Translations under genes and position numbers: made by a program | Assembly: GCA_049322215.1 (NCBI GenBank) | Contig: JBMORU010000001.1 | Span: 1,046,143-1,110,142, forward strand | DNA from: Patescibacteria group bacterium | GTDB taxonomy: Bacteria > Patescibacteriota > WWE3 > UBA101185 > UBA10185 | Direction: 5' to 3' | DNA length: 64,000 nt | Notes under the pieces: model-generated | The model's database searches: none | Seen by the model: the letters and a program-made list of their open reading frames with translations, nothing else | What the model was told of the DNA's origin: nothing | Shown: piece after piece, positions 50,761 to 61,000 of the stretch | Position numbering within the stretch: the stretch's first letter is position 1 | Layout: the number at the start of each line of letters is the position of its first letter

Positions 50761-52251
50761 TTACGAACTCCTCCCTAAAAGAAAGTCCATTTTTGGCGCA
50801 CATTTCCCTAAAAAGTCATTAAAATCCTTTGCGGAAGTAATTAACGCATCTACTTCTTGTTTGTAAGACGAATTTTCCTCGTAAGCCTTTATTACTCTTT
50901 CCAAATCGCTCCTCATTTTGCTTTTACCATCAGCAGACCAAATTCCTAACCAAATTAGTGTATATAAAGTAATTTGTAAGTTTAAAGGTAAAACTCTATT
51001 CATATGCTGGCCAAAAAAAGCTAATAACTTATCTCCCATATTTAAAGTTGTAGTTATACCCTGATTAAGTTCAGCACCAAAGTGCACGAAACTCTGAGTT
51101 TTTTCATATAATGTCAGGAAGCTACTGAGCTCCCTATTTATTCCCCAACGTAAAGGTGTTTGAGTTTGTCTACCTACACGAGTAACAGATAAAAAGTAAT
51201 TTATTGCGGGACGACGACCTTGAGTAAACAGATCTTTATCAAAAAACACATGTCCATCGGTTATAGACATTAGGTTGGTTTGAATAAATCCCGATATATC
51301 ACCCTCAACCGTTTCGGCAACAGGAAGGCATGTAATAGAAACAGACCCATTTTCATGTTTGAAATTACCTGCTCGTTCTAATAAGCGGGCATGCGCGTAA
51401 AAGATATCGCCAGGATATGAATTTCGTCCTGGAAATCTTTTAGCAATCAAACTAACTTCTCGATAAAACTTTGCATGTGTTGATAAATCGTCTAAAATTA
51501 GTAACACATCTTGCCCTTTATCTCTAAAATATTCAGCTAATGTCATAGCTGCATAGGGAGTAATATGAATCAAACCCAAAGAATCAGATGCCCTTGAAGC
51601 AATAATAATGGTTTTATCTTTAATGTTTTGTTTTTCCAAAAAATTTTCGACTTTTTTTATGTCAATTTGCTTTTTTCCTATACCCGCATATATACAAAGA
51701 CTTCCCTGATTTACCTGACTTAAAATTGTTTGCAGTATGAAAGCTGTTTTTCCAATTTTCCTATCACCTATTATTAACTCACGTTGCCCTTTTCCTAAAG
51801 GTATCATTAAATCTACAAGGCTAACGCCGGTTTCCAAAGGCTGCGCAATTTTTACTCTCGTATCTATACCTGTAGGACTAGTGTTTATATTTCTATAATT
51901 CTCACTTTTTGCCAAAGGCTTATTTGGATAAATAGAATGACCCAATGGGTTAATAGAAGCACCCAGTAAATGATCTCCAACAGGTATTTGAAGTACTTTG
52001 TCTGTACGCGAAGCTTTAGTACCTACAAGTAAAGGTATTTCGGAAAAAACCAATACTTCAACATGGTTGTTATTTACGGATTGAACTTCACCAAACTCAC
52101 CACTTTCAAATAATATAAGCTCACTTGGCTTGGCTTTAGGTAAACCTTCAAGATAAACAATTGGATGACTAACAATTTCTACATAGCCCACCTCATTAAA
52201 TGTATCTAAATTAGTATTAAATTGATTCTTTAAGTCTTTTGATGTATTCAT
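50761..52251 (-). CDS. atpA: F1 ATPase alpha subunit
   Basis: GKGQRELIIGDRKIGKT, PGRNSYPGDIFY.HARLLERA, SITDG. Confidence 0.96.
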   Translation of the reverse strand: MNTSKDLKNQFNTNLDTFNEVGYVEIVSHPIVYLEGLPKAKPSELILFESGEFGEVQSVNNNHVEVLVFSEIPLLVGTKASRTDKVLQIPVGDHLLGASINPLGHSIYPNKPLAKSENYRNINTSPTGIDTRVKIAQPLETGVSLVDLMIPLGKGQRELIIGDRKIGKTAFILQTILSQVNQGSLCIYAGIGKKQIDIKKVENFLEKQNIKDKTIIIASRASDSLGLIHITPYAAMTLAEYFRDKGQDVLLILDDLSTHAKFYREVSLIAKRFPGRNSYPGDIFYAHARLLERAGNFKHENGSVSITCLPVAETVEGDISGFIQTNLMSITDGHVFFDKDLFTQGRRPAINYFLSVTRVGRQTQTPLRWGINRELSSFLTLYEKTQSFVHFGAELNQGITTTLNMGDKLLAFFGQHMNRVLPLNLQITLYTLIWLGIWSADGKSKMRSDLERVIKAYEENSSYKQEVDALITSAKDFNDFLGKCAPKMDFLLGRSS

Positions 52252-52711
52252 TATCAGTTGTAAATAAATTATCTAATTTCTTTTTAACAGACATATCCAG
52301 GTACATGCCGTTATACGACATAATCAACCCGCCTAGTATTTCAGGATCTTCTGTAAAAGAAACGTAATACAAAGATCCTATGTTGCTCTTTATCCAATTC
52401 GACACACTGTTACATATAGGTTCAGCTTTTATAGCCACTGTGACTTTGACATCAGTCATTTCAGACAGCAATGAAGTTATCCCCTGCAAAAATGTACGCT
52501 TTTCGCGTATTGTAGCTAATTTTAAACCGTTCTCTTGCATATAACTTGTTATGGCCTCTTTAGCGAATAAATACTGTTTATTTGACATTAATTGACTAAC
52601 GTATTCATAGGATAAATTAGGCATATTTAGGTTTAGAGTATCCACCAAGTCTTTTATTTCCTTAAAATCCTTGTTTGTCTTAATAATAGAAGTTAAAGGG
52701 GTTTTATTCAT
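52217..52711 (-). CDS. atpH: F-type ATPase delta-like subunit
   Basis: C-terminal EDPEILGGLI...YLDMSVKKKL; upstream of alpha. Confidence 0.8.
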   Translation of the reverse strand: MNKTPLTSIIKTNKDFKEIKDLVDTLNLNMPNLSYEYVSQLMSNKQYLFAKEAITSYMQENGLKLATIREKRTFLQGITSLLSEMTDVKVTVAIKAEPICNSVSNWIKSNIGSLYYVSFTEDPEILGGLIMSYNGMYLDMSVKKKLDNLFTTDNEYIKRLKESI

Positions 52712-53520
52712 GCCAAACCTTTAAACTTATTGTCTTTTTTCGCTTCTTCGAGCGCACGAATTATTAAATCTTGATGCTCCTCCACATTTAGAGCAGCACC
52801 TAATGTTTTTACTGAAACGTCATATATTATTGACAAAATAGAATCATCAATTTTAGACAGCTTTTCTTTTTCATAATCTTCTATGATTTTTCTGGTTTCG
52901 TCATAGTCGGCAGCCAGCATAGTTGACACCGCATTTTCTCTCTCTACTGTGGTATCACGCAAGTGTTCTTTAAATTCTTTGGTATCTTTTTCTAGCTCTT
53001 TCTCTATTTGTAAAGTATCTTCATGCAAAATATTCTTAATTGAAGCTAGTTCATCTTTTATATCTCCTTCGACTTTTAAGGATAGGTTTTTAATAGAAGC
53101 CACACCAAGTTCTTTTTCACTTTTAAATACGTCCTTGTAGCTTTCAAGTAACTTTGACATGTATATAGATAAAACATCCTCCTGTTTCTTTGAAAGTTCG
53201 GCCAGGTGGTTTTCTAAGGAGATTTTGGTGGCATTGTCTATAGTAACTGAGGAATCTAAAATTTCTCCTGCTTCTTTTGTTGCGCTTTTTATGATATTTA
53301 AGGCAGAACGGTTTGCGGTCGCCAAAATATCCCTAGCATCGTTATACGCTTCTTGTCTCACATTTTCCGTCTTTTTGGCGTCTTCAATTTCTACAAAATT
53401 TAGCCACTTACCAAAGAACGCGTAAAACGAGTTGAATATTAATACAATAGTAACAAGAACTACAAAAATAAATGTTATACTTAATATTATTAAAAATGGA
53501 TCTAAGGGCAGTTGATACAT
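52708..53520 (-). CDS. Subunit b-like protein: single TM plus long coiled coil
   Basis: N-terminal TM, coiled coil, C-terminal EEHQDLIIRALEE; sits at the atpF position; 270 aa. Confidence 0.65.
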   Translation of the reverse strand: MYQLPLDPFLIILSITFIFVVLVTIVLIFNSFYAFFGKWLNFVEIEDAKKTENVRQEAYNDARDILATANRSALNIIKSATKEAGEILDSSVTIDNATKISLENHLAELSKKQEDVLSIYMSKLLESYKDVFKSEKELGVASIKNLSLKVEGDIKDELASIKNILHEDTLQIEKELEKDTKEFKEHLRDTTVERENAVSTMLAADYDETRKIIEDYEKEKLSKIDDSILSIIYDVSVKTLGAALNVEEHQDLIIRALEEAKKDNKFKGLA

Positions 53521-53555
53521 ACTAAATAAATTTTCTCACATGTAAGAATAAGTTT

Positions 53556-54341
<786 letters not shown>

Positions 54342-54993
54342 TTACATTAAATATGGGTACTAGGCTATATATGCTCCAGATTTTTCAGCGACGTACACAA
54401 ATAGTGTATTAATATGGGTTGTGTAGTTAAACTTTACTAAACACTGTGTTTATAACAGTTGGTAAGGTTTAATTATTAAAATAGGGATGCTAAATTTAGA
54501 AGCCTTTTGTAAATAACTCAGTTTGAAATAATATAGTAAGTTGAAAAAAATTTAAATAAGGCTACAACTTTGTTTTGCATAAATTTTATTCACAAAAACC
54601 AGGAACATTTTGTATAAATTTCGTAAACTAAAATTTAGGCCATTAAAAGTGGCAAATATTACCAAGAGAATTTTACAAAAAACTTTTTAAACATTTTTCT
54701 TTTTTGAATGCAGCTTTCAAGTTTAAATGGGTGCGACTTGCCTTTTAGTGTAAAAATAACCCTACTTTCTAGAAAATTAAATAGAAACCAACTTGTACTC
54801 TCTGCAAAAACTATAGGACTCAAACTTTACTCAAAAATCAAGCGTCAATTTGACAGCCCTGTCAAGGCAAAAAAGACATAAAATTGCTGGCTATTACAGA
54901 TGGTCTTATTTTCATATGAAATATTATGACAACAACGGGTTGTTAAAACTTTGTTTTTTCTTTAAATAAAAACAAAAAATAACGAGTAAAGTA

Positions 54994-55022
54994 TTGACAC
55001 GCACATACCAAGAACGTACCAT
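54994..55022 (+). promoter_or_regulatory. Sigma70 promoter of giant gene
   Basis: TTGACA-17 nt-TACCAT. Confidence 0.7.
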
Positions 55023-55071
55023 TAATGTAACCTTACCAATAGTGATGGTACAAGGTTTTGCGAAGGTTTAT

Positions 55072-58000
55072 ATGAGTCATGACCCTGCCCAGAGAAATAA
55101 AGAAATAATTAACAACTCTATCTCCCCCAGAGCTTCTGAGGGATTATCTGTTTCTAAGGCAGCAAAAATCTTAAAAATCTCCCCTTCTACACTTCGCAGA
55201 TTAGAACAAAACGGAAAAATTAAATCTACTAGAGCTGCAAATGGTTATAGGTCTTTCAGCATTGACGAAATTAGAAAACTAAAAGTACAACTAGATAAGC
55301 AGGATTTACTAGAAAAACCAGAATTAAGAGTTTTAGAGAAACAATTAAAAACTAATAATAATATAAAACCTTCGCAAAAAAATATACCAGTTACTGAAGA
55401 AATAAAAACAGGCCAATCGTATAAACAAGTAATAAAACCCAAATACCAACTAAAAAATTTTAATAAGCTAAGTAACGCACTACAAACAGCAACAATAACC
55501 TTAATACTAGTAGTAATATTAGGGGCATTTGGACTAAAGGGAACAGACACAATCAAGTATAAAACTGTTACAAATAGCGTAAAAGGCTTACTAACTACGA
55601 CAAATACGTCGGAAAGCCTTTTGGATTCTGACAATACAGAAGACTCAGCAGTATTAGCCGAAAGAAGTCAAAATCCATTGTGGACTTTTAACATAAATGT
55701 TCCTAGTACGTTTAGACAAGATGTTCAAATAACCCAGAATTTACAAATTGATCAAAATGCAAATATAGACGGAATTGTAACGACACCTAATGTAACTTTT
55801 ACAGGTACAGGAACTATCAACCAATTAGATGCTATTGACGACATAACCGAAACCACATTGGAAAATGCTTTAGACATAAACGGTGATGTTATAGGAATAG
55901 GATTAAATAATGTGACAATAGTTGACGGTGCTATTACTGTTAACAAATTGGCTGACGTTTTGGAATACGAGGGTACGCTTAGTATTGAAGGGGAATTTTT
56001 ATTAGGAGGAGATTCTGGCAGCGAAGGTGATATATTGACATCGGGTGGCAGCGGGATTCCTCAATGGGTAGCCCCATCAGAAATTAATGCTGGCCAAGTA
56101 GATGGATTAAGTGGGGATCAATTTTTAAGATCAGACACATCCGATGAATTTACATCAGGAACTTTGTCATTATCTAACGGCACATTTCTTGATTTAGGCA
56201 CTATTGATCACACTTCCACCTCCCCACAAGGTATAAGATTGCCACAATCAACAGCTTTTACTGCACCAAGCAGTGGTGAGGGATATATAGCATGGGATAC
56301 AGCCTCCAACACGCTTGTTGTATATGATGGATCTTCATGGAGCTCAATTCAAGGCCTATTTACAAATTCAGGAGATCTGACATATCTATCAGAAACTACC
56401 GACAACTTAACTATAGGAGGAACGACATCTTTAGCTAAATTGGGAATAAGTGGAGATGCAGATGAAATTCAATTATTAGTACGAGGAAATTCAACCCAAA
56501 CAACCGACTTAGTTGTATTTGAACAAAGTGATGGAACAAATGTATTTTCAGTAAATAATAATGGAACCATAACAATACCCTCTGGACAGGATTTAGTAAT
56601 AGGTTCAATTGGATTGGGAGACACGGCTGCCTCTACTACTTCGGGAGCTAACTTAATAGGTGTTTATACAGATATATTTACAAATATATCCCCTGTAGGG
56701 TCTGATTTGCAGTCAGTATTAGAAACAATTGACTCCTCTATTGGTTCAGGATCGTCAAGATGGTCTACTACATCAGGAACACTACACCCAAACACATTAG
56801 CTGAAAACTTGGCAGTCGGTGGCACTAGTCCTACTGCTGCTCCATTTGGAATTAACGTAAGTAGCAATACTGTATATATTGGTGATGCAGTAACTGCCGG
56901 AAATACAACATTAACATTTAAATCTAACTCAGGAGCATCTACAGGAAACCTAATTTATAACACAAGTGATCAGTTTCAATTTTCGGGTGGAAATGTAGTG
57001 GTAGATGGTCAACTAATAACAGGTTCTTCAGTTATAAATCTTACAACAGCCACAGGCTACTTAGACGCCGATGCTATTCAATTACTAAACCTAGGTACAG
57101 GCTCTACGGCATCCTCATCGGGTTTAGAAGTAAGTTCGGATAGAATAGGTTTGCTGCAAGGATGTGCAAATGGCGAGGTATTAAAATGGAATGAAGCTTC
57201 GGGTCTATGGCAGTGTGCTACAGATTCTGGTGCATCAAGTGCTGTTGTTCTAGTAGAGGAAAACGATGTTTCAGTAGGCACAAATGTAGGAACTTTAGAT
57301 TTCATTAACGTGTTTTCTTTAAACGAAAGTCCTTCTGGTGAAGTAAATATAGATATAGCTGATAATGCATTAAACTTTACAGAACTTGAAAGTGCCTTAA
57401 CTTTAGATACTGATACATCTATAAACTTTTATACAGGGGCAGCCGATGCTAACTTAAGATACTATAATTCAAACGATGCTACAGAATTATTATTTATAGA
57501 CGGCAATAATGGAAGAATAGGTATAGGTAATACTTCCCCATCTGCTTTACTAGGTATAGGAAGTACAAATCAATTTACAGTAAATTCATCTGGAGCAATT
57601 ACCGCAGCAACCGGAATTACTTCAAGTGGAAATATAACTTTCAGCGGATTATCAACTGATGGCGTAGTTACTGTTTCTTCTGGATTACTAGATAGTGAAG
57701 CCCAATTAGCAATCGCTCGTGGCGGAACAAATTCTACCGCTACACCAACTGCGGGGGCTATCTCCTACGGTACAGGAACTGCTTATGGGTTTAGTACAGC
57801 AGGTACCTCAGGACAATTACTACAAAGCAACGGTACAGGTGCACCTACTTGGGTTGATTCTGATACCGTAGGTATTAACTATTGGGATCGAACAGGTACT
57901 TTAGTTACTCCTTTGACAATTACTGATAATATAGCCACATTAGGTAGCATAGGAGTTGGAACAACCAACCCTGCTGCTGCTTTATCCGTAGGCGCAACAA

Positions 58001-61000
58001 GTGAATTTAGAGTTGACTCAAACGGCAACATCACAAGAATAAACGATGTGGCATACTCATTCCCCGCTTCTCAGGCTGCTGCACCTAATTATGTGCTAAC
58101 AAATGACGGAAGCGGAAATTTAACATGGCAGTCTGTTAGCGGTGTTGGAGGTATTACAGGTTCAGGAAGTACCGGACAATTAACTTACTGGAACGCTTCA
58201 AATTCTTTAACAGGTAACTTTAATCTATTTTGGAATAACAGCAACAGTCGTTTAGGAATAGGTACTAGCGCACCAGCCACAGCCTTAGATATAAATAATG
58301 GAAACATTACGTTATCTGACAATTACTGGCTTGGTTTAGGCACAGCTGCAGGAAGAATTGAATTCGACAATCAAGCTACCGACGAAATTAACTTTTTAGG
58401 TGCTAATGTTGGTATAGGAACTTCTTCCCCATCGTCATTGCTAAGTGTGGGTGCTACAAACCAATTTACAGTAAATGGAAGTGGAGCTATTACTGCCGCA
58501 ACCGGTATAACCTCAAGTGGTAACATAACTTTCAGCGGTTTATCAACCGACGGTGTAGTTACGGTTTCATCAGGTTTGTTAGGCAGTGAAGCACAACTAG
58601 CAATCGCTCGTGGTGGAACAAACTCTACAGCTACACCAACTGCTGGTGCTATTGCTTATGGAACAGGAACTGCCTATGGATTTAGTTCGGCAGGGACTTC
58701 TGGCCAGTTACTGCAAAGTAATGGTACGGGGGCTCCAACTTGGATAAACGCAGCAAGCGTAGGCACTAACTACTGGGATAGAACGGGAACACTTGTTACT
58801 CCTCTGACAATCACTGACAACGTAGCTACACTTGGCAGCATAGGTATAGGCACCACCAATCCTGCAGCAGCACTAAGCGTAGGAGGTAGCAGCGAATTCA
58901 GAGTAGACACAAACGGCAACATTACAAGAATAAACGATGTAGCATATTCATTCCCTGCCTCACAAGCAGCCTCTGACAATTACGTTTTAACAAATGATGG
59001 AAGCGGTAACTTAACTTGGGAATCTGTTAGCGGCGTTGGGGGTTTAACAGGCTCTGGGAATACGGGACAATTAACATACTGGAATGCAGCTAACTCAATT
59101 GCTGGTAATTTTAACTTCTTTTTAGATACAACAAATAATAGATTGGGTATTGGTACTTCTGCTCCTACATCAGCACTTGACATAAATAATGGAAATATAA
59201 CACTATCTGACAATTACTGGCTTGGTTTAGGCACAGCTGCAGGAAGAATCGAATTCGATAACCAAGCCACTGATGAAATTAACTTTTTAGGAGCCAACGT
59301 TGGTATAGGAACTTCTTCTCCTTCAGCTTTGCTAAGCGTGGGTGCAGGTAGTCAATTTACAGTAAATGGTAGCGGTGCCGTTACCGCAGCAACCGGGATT
59401 ACCTCAAGCGGTAACATAACTTTCAGTGGTTTATCAACCGATGGTGTAGTAACTGTTTCGTCTGGGTTACTTGGAAGTGAAGCCCAACTTGCAACTGCTC
59501 GTGGCGGAACAAATTCTATCGCTACACCAACTGCGGGGGCTATCTCGTACGGTACAGGAACTGCCTACAACTTCAGCTCAGCAGGCACTTCAGGACAATT
59601 ACTACAAAGTAACGGTACTGGGGCACCAACTTGGATAAATTCGGCAAGTGTAGGAACAAATTACTGGGATCGTACAGGTACGCTTGTTACCCCTCTGACA
59701 ATTAGCGATGACTTAGCCTCCTTAGGCAACGTGGGCATAGGCTTAACCAACCCAATAGGAGCATTGCATGTAACCGGCGATGAAGTAAGAATTGGTGACG
59801 CAGGTACTATTAACTTTGCTACAGCTGATGGCGACTTGTACGTAGAAGATGCTTTAGAAGTAGACGGAAGCACATACTTAAGCACACTATATTTAGCAGG
59901 TACACAAGTAACATCAACTGCTGCAGAACTTAACCTACTCGACGGCAGTACCGCAGTTTTAGGCGGATTAGTATTTGGAAACGGCACATATTTAACTCAA
60001 GATGCTGCAAATATATTCTGGGATGATTCAACTAACAGACTTGGTATTGGTACAACAGGGCCTCAAGCTGCTTTATCGGTTGGCGCCACAAGTGAGTTTA
60101 GAGTTGATTCAACCGGTAATGTTACTAGAATAAACGATATTGCTTACTCGTTCCCTGCCTCACAAGCAGGCGCTTCAAATTACGTACTTACCAATGACGG
60201 AAGTGGTAACTTAACCTGGGAGTCTGTAAGTGGTGTAGGGGGCTTAACCGGCTCCGGTAGTACTGGACAAGCTACATTCTGGAACGGAACAAATGCTTTA
60301 ACAGGGAATTTCAATTATTTCTGGGATAACAATACTAATAGATTAGGCATTGGAACAAGCGCCCCACAAGCATCTTTAAGTGTTGGCAGCAGTAGTGAAT
60401 TCAGGGTCGATGCAAGTGGCAATGTAACTAGAATAAATGATGTTGTTTATTCCTTCCCCGCATCACAAGCAACTTCAGGTAACTACGTTTTAACAAATGA
60501 TGGTAGCGGCAACTTAACTTGGGAATCTGTTAGCGGTGTTGGAGGTTTAACTGGTTCTGGTAACACAGGTCAACTAACATATTGGAATGGCACTAACGCT
60601 TTAACAGGTAACTTTAATTTGTTCTGGGATACCAGTACAAACAGATTAGGTATAGGCACCTCGGCACCTCAAGCTTCTTTAAGTATAGGAAGTGCTAGTG
60701 AATTTAGAGTTGATTCAAACGGTAATGTTACAAGAATCAACGATGTAGCCTACTCTTTCCCCGCTTCGCAAGCAGCTTCTGACAATTACGTTTTAACAAA
60801 CGACGGCAGCGGTAACTTAACATGGGAATCTGTTAGCGGCGTTGGTGGAATAACCGGAGCAGGCAGCAATGGGCAGCTTACTTACTGGAACGGAGCCAAT
60901 TCACTAACAGGAAACTTTGACTTATTTTTAGATTCTAATAATAGCCGCCTAGGAATAGGCACTTCAGCACCTACTACAGCTTTAGATATAAATAATGGAA

